From Candidatus Bathyarchaeia archaeon (lineage in GTDB: Archaea > Thermoproteota > Bathyarchaeia > Bathyarchaeales > Bathyarchaeaceae): DNA of 64,000 bases. A program made the translations under genes and the position numbers. A model generated the notes under the pieces. It saw only the letters and a program-made list of their open reading frames with translations. It made no database searches and was not told the origin of the DNA. This document shows positions 44,612 to 54,303 of the stretch, piece by piece. The stretch spans positions 130 through 64,129 of the forward strand of contig JBHIEV010000001.1 in assembly GCA_046760805.1 (NCBI GenBank), in the 5' to 3' direction. How positions within the stretch are numbered: the first letter of the stretch is position 1; every line of letters begins with the position of its first letter.

Positions 44612-45469
44612 TTGCCAGATTTAGTGACTGTTTCGATAATAGGCTCAGGAGTAGTTGGCGCCGCTACTGGAAAGGGTTTTGCCAAGCTTGGTTATAATGT
44701 CCTTTTCTATGACATAGATAGGGTGAAGTTGAAGAAGCTTAGTTCTGAAGGATATGAAGTATGTCGAAATGTATTGGATGCTGTCACACCTGCGTCCTTG
44801 TCTTTTGTTTGTGTCCAGACGCCTAGTATTAGCGGTGAGGTTGATCTTTCTTTTGTGGAAAGGGCGATCATTTCAATAGGTAAGGCTTTGAGAAAGAAGC
44901 AGAACTACCATGTGGTTGTTATTCGCAGTACGCTTTTGCCTGGAACTACGAGAACCATATTGCTGCCAACTTTACAAAGGTTCGCTAACTCTAAGTGTTT
45001 TGGGCTTTGCTACAATCCAGAGTTCCTTAGGCAAGCAAGTTCGCTGGAGGACTTTCTGAACCCTAGTAGGATAGTAATTGGTGAATTGGACAAGAAGTCT
45101 GGCGATAGATTAGCGGAGCTTTACGGCCCCTTGGATGCACCGACGATAAGAACAGATTTTGATACTGCAGAAATGATAAAGCATGCCTCTAATGCTTTTC
45201 TTGCCACGAAGATTTCCTTTTTCAATGAAATACACAATGTTTGTCAACAATTGGGAGTTAATGACAAGACCGTGAGCAAGGCTGTCTCTCTTGACCCGCG
45301 TATTGGTGAATATGGAGTTGTGGGCGGTCGGCCATTTTTGGGCAGTTGCTTGCCCAAGGATGTAGTTACGTTTGCCGATTTTGTTGAGAGATTGGGTGTA
45401 AATCCTGATATTCTCAGAGTTGTACTTGAAATAAACTCTAACATGCTTAAGCAATCGAAAAAACGCTGA
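44612..45469 (+). CDS. UDP-glucose/GDP-mannose dehydrogenase family protein lacking the C-terminal domain
   Basis: 285 aa. Rossmann IIGSGVVGAATG, CYNPEFLRQ, catalytic-Cys region GGRPFLGSCLPKD. The ORF ends right after the central domain. Confidence 0.7.
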   Translation: MPDLVTVSIIGSGVVGAATGKGFAKLGYNVLFYDIDRVKLKKLSSEGYEVCRNVLDAVTPASLSFVCVQTPSISGEVDLSFVERAIISIGKALRKKQNYHVVVIRSTLLPGTTRTILLPTLQRFANSKCFGLCYNPEFLRQASSLEDFLNPSRIVIGELDKKSGDRLAELYGPLDAPTIRTDFDTAEMIKHASNAFLATKISFFNEIHNVCQQLGVNDKTVSKAVSLDPRIGEYGVVGGRPFLGSCLPKDVVTFADFVERLGVNPDILRVVLEINSNMLKQSKKR

Positions 45470-45503
45470 AAAGTGAGCGCCACGGCTGTAGGAAGTACGC
45501 CTA

Positions 45504-46463
45504 ATGATGGATACAATGGAAGATAAGACAGTTTTAATCACGGGCGGTGCAGGCTTTATTGGTTCCTGGTTGTCTGAAGCCTTGGTGAAAAAAGGGGCTT
45601 TTGTAAGGGTTCTAGACAACTTCCAAAGTGGATCCGAGAAAAACTTGGCTCACATTATGGGCTCAGTAGAGCTTATGAAAGGAGATGTTAGAGATTATGA
45701 AACGGTTAGGACGGCGGTCAAAGGAGCAGATTTCATTTTCCATTTGGCTGCAAATGCAAGCGTGCCGAACTCCACGAAAGACCCAGAATATGATTTCAAT
45801 TCAAACGCTATTGGAACTTTCAACGTTCTGAAAGCTGCGTCAGATTCAAACAAAAGGCCCATTGTATTATATGCCTCGTCAGCTGCAGTCTATGGCGAAG
45901 CTGCGTATGTGCCCATTGACGAATCACATTCCCTGAGGCCTGCATCTTTCTACGGAGCAAGCAAGTTATGTGGCGAAGCATATTGTCGGGCCTTCCGCAA
46001 CATACTGAGGACGAAAGTTGTAGTCCTCAGGATTTTCAACACGTATGGACCCAGGCAACCTAGGTATGTAATGTATGATCTACTAAAGAAACTGTCAAGA
46101 GACCAGAAAAACCTTGAAGTCTTAGGAACAGGCAAGCAGAAAAGGGATTTTATCTATGTAACAGATTGCGTTAACGCTATAACTTCTGCAGCTCTCAACA
46201 CGAAGGCCTTGGGTGAGGTACTAAACATAGGCACTGGCAGAGGTGTGAGCATCGAACAACTGGTTCAACTTGTTCTCGACAAGCTAAACCTTGATGGGAA
46301 AACCGAGGTCCACTACACAAAACAGTCTTGGAAAGGTGATGTACAAACCCTTGTAGCGGATGTTTCCAAATTGAGAACTTTGTTGAACTATGAGCCGCAG
46401 GTGTCACTAGAAAACGGCTTTTCTTCGCTACTTGAGTGGTTCAGGACGGCTCAGGCGTCATAG
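45504..46463 (+). CDS. NAD-dependent nucleotide-sugar epimerase/dehydratase (SDR)
   Basis: 319 aa. VLITGGAGFIGSWL, SSAAVYG, YGASK catalytic motif. Confidence 0.85.
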   Translation: MMDTMEDKTVLITGGAGFIGSWLSEALVKKGAFVRVLDNFQSGSEKNLAHIMGSVELMKGDVRDYETVRTAVKGADFIFHLAANASVPNSTKDPEYDFNSNAIGTFNVLKAASDSNKRPIVLYASSAAVYGEAAYVPIDESHSLRPASFYGASKLCGEAYCRAFRNILRTKVVVLRIFNTYGPRQPRYVMYDLLKKLSRDQKNLEVLGTGKQKRDFIYVTDCVNAITSAALNTKALGEVLNIGTGRGVSIEQLVQLVLDKLNLDGKTEVHYTKQSWKGDVQTLVADVSKLRTLLNYEPQVSLENGFSSLLEWFRTAQAS

Positions 46464-46475
46464 AGTTGGTTATCT

Positions 46476-47600
46476 TTGGAGTTATTGGCACAACTCATTC
46501 TTCTCATCAATCTCATTCTCCTCGCAGGATATGCGGTTGTATTTTTCTTAATGATGCGATATGGTTGCAGAGAAACCTTAATCAACAGAGATGAAGATTA
46601 CACCCCAAGAGTCTCTATAGTGATACCCACTTTCAACGAAGAGGACATAATAGAAAAGAGAATCAGAAACATTCTAGCGATGGACTACCCAAGAGACAAG
46701 ATAGAGATAGTTTTCATTGATAATTCTTCAGACAGAACACCTGGCATCATCAAAGGTTACCAAAAGGTGTATCCCTTCATAAAACTGCTAAGACAGGAAA
46801 AACCAGGCTTTAACAATGCTTTAAATCAAGGGTATTCGATAGCCAAAGGAGACATAGTTATTAAATCTGATTGTGATGCTTTCCCGGAACCCTCTGCCTT
46901 GCGAGCAGCTGTCTCGAATTTCGCGGACAAGAAAGTTGGCGCTGTAGGTGGGGTTCACAAAATCCTGTCAAAGTCCGAAAAATCCCTTGAGAGGAAGTTC
47001 AGAGGAATTCAGTACAGAGTGCAGCAGATGGAAAGTTACTTTCACTCATCGCTCTTTTGCCACGGTTCCTTTGGAGCGTATCGCAAAAGCCTTATACCAA
47101 AATTGGGAGAGAGCATCACAGCTGATGATTGTGAACTTGTAATAAACGTTGTAAAGAATGGCTACCGCGCCATTTTTGATTCTGACGTGAAATCTCTCGA
47201 ATGGTATCCCGAAAACTTCTGGGATAGACGTAAGCAAAGGGACAGAAGAGCAGCTGGGGTCATGAGAGTGATTCTAAGTAACTTGGCGATGTTTTTCAAT
47301 CCACGATACGGTGCCTTTGGGTTCATAAGTCTGCCCTTATATTTCTTCATACTAATACTTTCACCGATACTGCTTCTTGTTGATGTGGCTTTACTAACGT
47401 CATACTTTGCGATACACCAGCCCTTGCTTTTATTGATCATTCCCGCGATAATCCTTGTTCTTGCTTGGCGATCAGTTACAGCAAGGGCCGCAATGGATAC
47501 ATATATTGGCTGTTTCCTAGGGATGTTCAAGATTTTTACTAGAAACAAGGTATGGGGAAAGGGTTTGCAGAAGAAGAGTAGAAAGGAACTCTCCCAATAG
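46476..47600 (+). CDS. membrane-embedded GT2 glycosyltransferase (processive-synthase-like topology)
   Basis: 374 aa. N-terminal TM, VSIVIPTFNEE, DNSSDRT, KSDCDA. C-terminal cluster of TM helices. Confidence 0.8.
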   Translation: MELLAQLILLINLILLAGYAVVFFLMMRYGCRETLINRDEDYTPRVSIVIPTFNEEDIIEKRIRNILAMDYPRDKIEIVFIDNSSDRTPGIIKGYQKVYPFIKLLRQEKPGFNNALNQGYSIAKGDIVIKSDCDAFPEPSALRAAVSNFADKKVGAVGGVHKILSKSEKSLERKFRGIQYRVQQMESYFHSSLFCHGSFGAYRKSLIPKLGESITADDCELVINVVKNGYRAIFDSDVKSLEWYPENFWDRRKQRDRRAAGVMRVILSNLAMFFNPRYGAFGFISLPLYFFILILSPILLLVDVALLTSYFAIHQPLLLLIIPAIILVLAWRSVTARAAMDTYIGCFLGMFKIFTRNKVWGKGLQKKSRKELSQ

Positions 47601-47655
47601 GGGCCTGCGAACATTAACTCTACCCTTTCTGAGATGTGACTAAGGCGAAATTGAG

Positions 47656-48831
47656 TTGTCCATCGCTGATGTTGTAGTCGTTGGGGCGGGTCCTGCTGGT
47701 TCCAGTGTTGCAAAAGTGATTGGAAGCGCCGGTTTTGATGTAGAGTTAATAGAACAAAGAAAGCCTTGCCAAACAAAAGTATGTGGTGGTGTTATTTCCG
47801 CAAAGCTTGCAAGAGAATTATTGTTTGAGAAGAATATTATCGAAAAATTCGTATCTCACGAAGTTTTGCATTTCCCGTGGGGGAAGAAAATTCGGCGATT
47901 TCATCATGCAACAGTAAAACGACAAACTTTTGATACACTTCTTGCTGACAATGCTGCAAGATGTGGAGCAAATATAAACCATGAAACCAAGGCAACTGAT
48001 GCTGCAAGAAAAGGGGACGTTGTGCAGGTTTCTCTAAAAAGTCGGAAAGATAAGAAGACCCGGTCTATATCCTGTAAAATGATCGTTTTTGCTGATGGGC
48101 CTTTCACTCTTGGCACAAAATTGTTCCCTACCCTTGGATTCAAAGGAACCCCAAACAACCTAGCAATAGCAGCGAGATACGAGCTGGAATGGGAAGAAAA
48201 CAACATGAACCATCTGGAGCTTTTCTTCGGCCACGATATTTCGCCATGGGGCTTTGGATGGATTTTCCCTAGGAAAGACTCATTAAATGTGGGAGTTGGC
48301 TGTCGCCTGTCCACGCTAAGACGATTCGGAATCAGGATCACAGAAACCTTGGATAATTTCATCAAAGATAAGGCAGTTTCTTCTGAAACGCTCATAGATA
48401 AGAAGGTTCTACACTTTGGAGCTGCAATGCTTCCGCTGGCCCCAGCTGAAAGAATATATGGTCCTTCCAGTCTGGTCGTTGGTGATGCTGCCGGAATGGT
48501 TGATCCTTTAGGTGGATATGGCATAGACAATGCAGTCTTTGCGGGACGACTGGCTGGCCACATAGCCGTTGAAGCTCTGCAGAAAGGAGATTTTTCTGAG
48601 AATTTTTTGTCCAGATACCAGACTCTCTGGAAACAATCCTCCGCTTATTCGATAATTAAGAGGAACTATCGAATAGCGAGAGCTTTGTATCCTTTTTTGA
48701 GAATCGACAAGAACCTTATAGCGAAAATCGAATACCTTCTTCACTATGGCCTAGAATCAGTTCGACATGTTGATGTCATTCTGTATCCAATGTTCAGCAA
48801 GAGGGGAATGTCCAGCTTCAGTACGGATTGA
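47656..48831 (+). CDS. geranylgeranyl-reductase-family FAD-dependent oxidoreductase
   Basis: 391 aa. VVVVGAGPAGSSVA, KVCGGVIS, VVGDAAGMVDPLGGYGIDNA. Confidence 0.8.
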   Translation: MSIADVVVVGAGPAGSSVAKVIGSAGFDVELIEQRKPCQTKVCGGVISAKLARELLFEKNIIEKFVSHEVLHFPWGKKIRRFHHATVKRQTFDTLLADNAARCGANINHETKATDAARKGDVVQVSLKSRKDKKTRSISCKMIVFADGPFTLGTKLFPTLGFKGTPNNLAIAARYELEWEENNMNHLELFFGHDISPWGFGWIFPRKDSLNVGVGCRLSTLRRFGIRITETLDNFIKDKAVSSETLIDKKVLHFGAAMLPLAPAERIYGPSSLVVGDAAGMVDPLGGYGIDNAVFAGRLAGHIAVEALQKGDFSENFLSRYQTLWKQSSAYSIIKRNYRIARALYPFLRIDKNLIAKIEYLLHYGLESVRHVDVILYPMFSKRGMSSFSTD

Positions 48832-48836
48832 TTAAA

Positions 48837-50069
48837 ATGAAATATGATATCGGTATTGTAGGCGCTGGGATGGCTGGTCTTTCAACGGCTCTATATATAT
48901 GTTCCAGAACGGATGCAACCGTACTGATGGTGGACAAAAAGAAGATTGGTGACCCTACAAAGTCTTCACCTTTCACCTTTCCTGATATTGTCGAGAATTA
49001 TAATCTGCAGGGTGCTGTGATTCAAGGCTACACGAAATTCACTTTCAGAAGCCCGCAAGGCGTGTCATCCTCTTTTGAATTTGATAAACCCGCCTTTGTG
49101 ACATTTGACTATGAAAAGGCATGCGACATTTTACTTCGTCGGATAAAAAAAGAGGGTAACGTTGAGATATATGAAAGTATTAGTGTGCTGAGTTTCGAAC
49201 TTGGTAAACCTTCCAACAATAAGGGAAATCGGATTCTGATGCTTGAGGATGGTACAAAGTCTTCTGTTGATGTCTTAGTTGATTCATCTGGAAGTGCTTT
49301 CTTAGGGGCAGAAACGCTTGGTCAACAGTTACCTCCTTTATATAGCCACGCTTATGGCGAAGTTTTGAGAGGCTGTAGTGTCGAAGATCCTAGTGAAATG
49401 CATATACTTTCAGGTCGAAAATATGGAAACGGCGGCGGTTGGTTCTACCCGATGGATACGCAAACAGCTCGATATGGCTTCGCAACTGTAACGAGATCAA
49501 GGCATTATCCTAAGAAGATCGTTAAAGCTAATTTCGGCCGTGCTTGTAAAGATTTCTCCCCTTACAGTGAGATGGTACAAGACGCAGAGACATTAAGACC
49601 GGAATTCGGAACTATCCCCATAGGCCCGCTCAAAAATTTCGTTTTCGATCGTCTATTGATCGTTGGAGACGCCGCCGGCCAAGCAACACCTTGGTATTGC
49701 GAAGGTATAAGACCTGCTCTTGAAGGCGGCAAGATTTGTGGGAAAGTCATAGCGAGGGCATATGAGCAAAGAGATTACAGTCGAAAAGTTTTGGGCGAGT
49801 ACCAGAGAGAATGGGATGCCTTAAACAGATACAGGTATTCGATGGCGATGAGAAGAAGCACTTTTCAGTGGTTCAGGAGGCAGGAATTCTGGGACAGTGG
49901 TGTCAAAAAAACAGCCTTGTTTGAGCCCAGCGAGTTAATTTCCACGATTAGGTATGGCGAGAGAAGTGGCATTGCTCGCCCCGCCTTTTTTCCTTTGTTG
50001 ATCCGAGATTTCTCCTACAACATTAGGTGTCTAATATTGCAGGCGATTTTTGGGACCACAAGTGCATAG
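48837..50069 (+). CDS. geranylgeranyl-reductase-like FAD-dependent oxidoreductase, divergent paralog
   Basis: MKYDIGIVGAGMAGLSTA, LIVGDAAGQATPWYCEGIRPA. The track ORF opens at TTG 48828, but ATG 48837 is preferred. Confidence 0.7.
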   Translation: MKYDIGIVGAGMAGLSTALYICSRTDATVLMVDKKKIGDPTKSSPFTFPDIVENYNLQGAVIQGYTKFTFRSPQGVSSSFEFDKPAFVTFDYEKACDILLRRIKKEGNVEIYESISVLSFELGKPSNNKGNRILMLEDGTKSSVDVLVDSSGSAFLGAETLGQQLPPLYSHAYGEVLRGCSVEDPSEMHILSGRKYGNGGGWFYPMDTQTARYGFATVTRSRHYPKKIVKANFGRACKDFSPYSEMVQDAETLRPEFGTIPIGPLKNFVFDRLLIVGDAAGQATPWYCEGIRPALEGGKICGKVIARAYEQRDYSRKVLGEYQREWDALNRYRYSMAMRRSTFQWFRRQEFWDSGVKKTALFEPSELISTIRYGERSGIARPAFFPLLIRDFSYNIRCLILQAIFGTTSA

Positions 50070-50158
50070 AAAGGATCGTGACAGATACGTGTTTAAAGGT
50101 CTGTGATGACAAGGCACCTAGTTTTTGTGCATTGAACAAACTATAGACGATTCTAGGA

Positions 50159-51043
50159 GTGAGTCATATGCACTCTGCACTCCAATATCTTTCAAGTATG
50201 CTACAATTCTTCGATGTGGGCGCGCAACAGAAGTGGATAGGCGCAGCAATTCTCGGGTTTGCCTTGGCTCTGCCCCAAGAAAATACGTCAATTCTTAAGG
50301 CCTTACTGTTTCTGTTTGGACTGGTTCCAGTTCTGAGCTACATAATGTCAATAAACGACTGTTTTGATGTTGAAATAGACAAGTTGAAGGAAGAATACAC
50401 AGGCAAACAGAGGATCGTGGGTGTCATCATTTCAAGAGATGTGGCGTTAGGACTTTCTGGTTTTGTTCTTGTGATTGGATTAATGTTTTCATGGTATGTC
50501 TCCATCTCTTTTTTCCAAATAGCGTTGCTAATGGCGTTTATCGGAACAATCTACTCTGTACCACCTTTAAGGCTTAAAATGAAATATCCCTATTCTACGT
50601 CATTACTATTCATAGGTGATTTCTTACCTTTCTTGGCTGGAATCTCTGTACTCAGCTTCATAGACTGGTCAGTTGTCGTTATGTCCTCATCTTTCAGTTT
50701 CATCGCGTTAGTTCACAGGTTCCAACATGAAATTGACTATTTTGAAGTTGACCTTGAAACGGGAAAGAAGACCATCGCTGTTGTAAACGGTGTTAGGGTT
50801 ACTCGGATGCTACGTAATATCTGCATATTTGTCGGGATAATCGAGTTTCTGGTTTTCATCCTTCTAGGTTGGTTCTCTCCCTCCTTTTTGTTTCTGTTCC
50901 TTGCTTATCTTGTCCTTTGTGTTGAATATTCAATCTGGCTAGATCATCTGCCCTTGCGTCTCCAGAATGTCATAAGCCCAGTTCTAATGTTTTCTGGTTT
51001 TCTTTTCTTTTTCCTCGTGGCAGTTGTTCGCCTGATTGCTTGA
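50159..51043 (+). CDS. UbiA-superfamily prenyltransferase (second, divergent)
   Basis: 294 aa and polytopic. NDCFDVEIDK (NDxxDxxxD) and YSVPPLRLK motifs. Confidence 0.75.
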   Translation: MSHMHSALQYLSSMLQFFDVGAQQKWIGAAILGFALALPQENTSILKALLFLFGLVPVLSYIMSINDCFDVEIDKLKEEYTGKQRIVGVIISRDVALGLSGFVLVIGLMFSWYVSISFFQIALLMAFIGTIYSVPPLRLKMKYPYSTSLLFIGDFLPFLAGISVLSFIDWSVVVMSSSFSFIALVHRFQHEIDYFEVDLETGKKTIAVVNGVRVTRMLRNICIFVGIIEFLVFILLGWFSPSFLFLFLAYLVLCVEYSIWLDHLPLRLQNVISPVLMFSGFLFFFLVAVVRLIA

Positions 51044-51057
51044 TAAGCTAAACAGGA

Positions 51058-51924
51058 ATGGCTGAGAAGATGCTAAATGGATTTCTACACGAGCAAGAAA
51101 GCCTTGTACACAAAACCTTACTCATGCATAACATTAGGGTAAATGGCTATCCTGCATTGGTGTACTGTCATGGTCTTAGTTCGTCGAGATATATAGAGTA
51201 TGAAATGGCGTTAAGGTATTTGCATTTGAAAAAAAATGAGGAAGTTCTTGACTTAGGATGTGGACACTCACTTCTTCCGTCGCTGTTAAGACGAAGGGGT
51301 GTTCAAGTTCTTGCCCTGGATGTAACTAGAGACTCTGTTGTCTGGCAGGCAAGAATAGGCGACAAAAGTGAGAAACAATTGAAATCAGCGATTTTGTCAA
51401 GCATAGGAAAACTCCCTTTCAAAGATAATTCGATCTCGAAGATAACCGTAATTTCCGTTTTGGAACACATATTAGATGATATGGAGGCCGCAAAAGAGAT
51501 CGGCAGAGTTTTGGGCCCCAAAGGCGTCTGCGTGGTCAGCGTTCCAGTGGTTTCGGGAGACACAACTCTGCTAGATGCTGGATGGACAGTATGTTTGCCT
51601 CGTTATCTGAAACATCTCCCCGTTTCGACCCTAGAGACTTTCTTCAAGAGATTCGAAGTTGACAGGGGAGACAACTTTTTGTTTCGACAGTACTGTATTG
51701 ATGATGTTTTCAAAAGAATAGTTGAACCAGCGGGCTGTGTCCTAGAAGATTGGGTTGTTTATGAAAGCGCGTTGGCCAATGTTTTTTACCACACAATTAT
51801 TCCGATTGGAGTGTTAAGTCTATTGGAATATGTTTTGGCAGGAAAATACATGAATAAGGGAAAGATGCCGAGGGATTGCGGCGGAATAATTTTGAAATTG
51901 AGAAAGAGAGACTCCACCTTTTAG
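51058..51924 (+). CDS. class I SAM-dependent methyltransferase
   Basis: 288 aa. VLDLGCGHS motif I and an acidic residue after beta-2 (LALDV). Confidence 0.7.
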   Translation: MAEKMLNGFLHEQESLVHKTLLMHNIRVNGYPALVYCHGLSSSRYIEYEMALRYLHLKKNEEVLDLGCGHSLLPSLLRRRGVQVLALDVTRDSVVWQARIGDKSEKQLKSAILSSIGKLPFKDNSISKITVISVLEHILDDMEAAKEIGRVLGPKGVCVVSVPVVSGDTTLLDAGWTVCLPRYLKHLPVSTLETFFKRFEVDRGDNFLFRQYCIDDVFKRIVEPAGCVLEDWVVYESALANVFYHTIIPIGVLSLLEYVLAGKYMNKGKMPRDCGGIILKLRKRDSTF

Positions 51925-51992
51925 ACCAGTAGCTTCTAATACCGTCTTCAACCGAGTTACGACTTCAGATAGGCGGATTATCTATAGTTAAT

Positions 51993-52955
51993 GTGCTTAA
52001 GTATGGAGAGAAACTATTGCAGCCTTTAGTTACCATTGTTGTTTGCACCAAAAATAGACCCCAAATCCTTCGTCAGTGTTTATCCTCCATATACCTGACC
52101 AGATATTCCCGGAAAGAGTGTCTTCTTGTTGACAGCAGTCACGGTAACTTCGCTAAGCAAGTGGCTAAAATGGCCAAATCCTACGCTTTTCGATACATGT
52201 ATCAAGCAGAAAGAGGAGTTAGTGCAGCAAAGAATCTTGCGATCACGAGAGCGAATGGCGATATTTTATGCTTTACCGACGACGACTGTGTTGTTGGTGA
52301 AAATTGGGTTGAAAACCTTATCAGAAACTACAATAGTCCCGAAGTGAAGTGTGTAACTGGACGCACAATCCCTGAAGCAAGAGACACAGTGATCGAGAAG
52401 TTTTTCACCCATGACAAGGGATTGAAAAGGTGCGAATTCATGTCAGGCCAAGAGGAGAGCCTGTTCCGCATGCTTCGGCGTGTGGTTCCATACCTGATGT
52501 CTACTGTATCCTTGCAGGGTATTGCTCCAGTACCATGGTGCATAGGTGTTGGAAACAACTGTTCATTTCGGAAAGACGTATTCGAATCAATCGAACTTTT
52601 TGATGAAGGCCTAGGGGCCGGGAGCCCAAAAAAGGGAGGCGAAGATCTTGATGTTTTCTATAGAATCTATCAGGCTGGATTCAAACTAATCTATGAGCCT
52701 AACGCTGTTGTCTATCATGTGAATCAGCGCGATTCCGGAAGTATTCTGATGAACTATGGAAAGGGAGGGGGACATTTCATGTTAAAACATTTTCATGATC
52801 CGTATATAGCACTTCAATTTCTCGGTAGGTTTGTGAATGTTGGCCAGATCTTATTTAGAACACTGTTGGGCAGAGATAAGAAAGGCTGTCATTTTCAATT
52901 AAAATATCTGAACGGTCTATTTTCTAGCATAATGGATTCCAGTTTCCATCTATGA
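51993..52955 (+). CDS. GT2 glycosyltransferase
   Basis: 320 aa. VTIVVCTKNRP, CFTDDDCVV (DxD region). Confidence 0.8.
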   Translation: MLKYGEKLLQPLVTIVVCTKNRPQILRQCLSSIYLTRYSRKECLLVDSSHGNFAKQVAKMAKSYAFRYMYQAERGVSAAKNLAITRANGDILCFTDDDCVVGENWVENLIRNYNSPEVKCVTGRTIPEARDTVIEKFFTHDKGLKRCEFMSGQEESLFRMLRRVVPYLMSTVSLQGIAPVPWCIGVGNNCSFRKDVFESIELFDEGLGAGSPKKGGEDLDVFYRIYQAGFKLIYEPNAVVYHVNQRDSGSILMNYGKGGGHFMLKHFHDPYIALQFLGRFVNVGQILFRTLLGRDKKGCHFQLKYLNGLFSSIMDSSFHL

Positions 52956-52970
52956 AAGGCGTAGGCCCCA

Positions 52971-54257
52971 ATGAAAGAAAATGGGTTGAAAATCGTCTTT
53001 CTCATGCCCAGGTTTTCGGTTCCCTTCCCAGGCGCCTGTTGGAAGAGAATTGGATACATTGCCTCATATTTTTCAAAGGCGAAACAACGTGTCAGAATAG
53101 TTGCTAGTGCAGAGCTAGGTTGGCATCGAAAAAAGTTTAGTATTCACGGAGTTAACGTCCTGAATCTATTGCCACCTACAAATCAAAAATTTCGACCTAT
53201 AAGATACATTATGGCATTCTTAAGTTGTATATACACCACAACGTTACTGACTTTTTTCGGAGGTGATGTTGTCATACTTTCGCTTCCGCAAGGCGGGTCA
53301 GAAAGTATAATATACATTTTCGGAACTTTTGCTGCATGTAGAATTTTGGGAAAAAGAATAGTATTCGACTACAGAGACGAATGGGAGAATTATCTCCTTA
53401 ACATGGCCAAGTCTGGCATAACACGGTTTCTTTGTAAAGTTTTGAAGGATATTGCGATGATGCTTTACATCAAAAGTGACTTAACGGTAGCGGTAACGCC
53501 TTCGTATTGCGAATATCTTAGAAGAAATGGGGTGCGGAGAGTCTGCTTCATACCGAACGGAGCCGATGTAGTGTTATTTCGCCCTCTCAACAAGGAAGAG
53601 ACAAGAGCTAGAATGAAGTTGCCACCCAGATGGTTTATTGTTCTATATTCAGCGGGTATGCACGTCGCCCCGTATTATAGTCCTGAAGTCCTGCTTAAGG
53701 CATTCAAAGAGTTTGTCATGACAGGAAAGAGGAGCAATGTCAGATTAGTCTTGTTTGGAGGTTCAGAAAAGATCCAACAATTGTTGAGACTTGCGGATAT
53801 GATGGGGCTGTCAAATAAAGTCGTTTATCTTGGCGTGAAGAAGAGCGATCAAGAAATCATTGAAGTCATAGCAAGTTCAGATGTCGCTGTTATACCCTAT
53901 GGCGATAAACCGTTATACAAGGGCGCCTATCCATTAAGATTTTTTGAATATCTGGCTTGCGGAATTCCTGTAATAGCTTCAGGATTTGCGGATTCATTGT
54001 TGGCAAAAATCATAAACAGCTATCAGGTGGGCTTGGTTGTCCCTCCAACGGACGAAGGCAGACTTACCGAAGCCCTAGAAAAAATGTATCTTGACAAAGA
54101 ATTTAGGGAAGAGGCTGGTCGCCGTGGCAGAGTCCTTGTTGAGAAGCAGTTCGACAAGAACAAACTTGCGGCAGATTATTTGAAGCTATTGAATCCATCA
54201 GCAAAAACAATATCCAGCCATAGTATCGATATGGTTTCCGTTGTAAGCGATAATTGA
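52971..54257 (+). CDS. GT4 (GT-B fold) glycosyltransferase
   Basis: 428 aa. C-terminal EYLACGIPVIAS-type motif typical of GT1/GT4. Confidence 0.8.
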   Translation: MKENGLKIVFLMPRFSVPFPGACWKRIGYIASYFSKAKQRVRIVASAELGWHRKKFSIHGVNVLNLLPPTNQKFRPIRYIMAFLSCIYTTTLLTFFGGDVVILSLPQGGSESIIYIFGTFAACRILGKRIVFDYRDEWENYLLNMAKSGITRFLCKVLKDIAMMLYIKSDLTVAVTPSYCEYLRRNGVRRVCFIPNGADVVLFRPLNKEETRARMKLPPRWFIVLYSAGMHVAPYYSPEVLLKAFKEFVMTGKRSNVRLVLFGGSEKIQQLLRLADMMGLSNKVVYLGVKKSDQEIIEVIASSDVAVIPYGDKPLYKGAYPLRFFEYLACGIPVIASGFADSLLAKIINSYQVGLVVPPTDEGRLTEALEKMYLDKEFREEAGRRGRVLVEKQFDKNKLAADYLKLLNPSAKTISSHSIDMVSVVSDN

Positions 54258-54303
54258 ATGCAAGCTGAAATGCTGTCAAGACGCAAAGATGGAGTGAAAG
54301 CAA

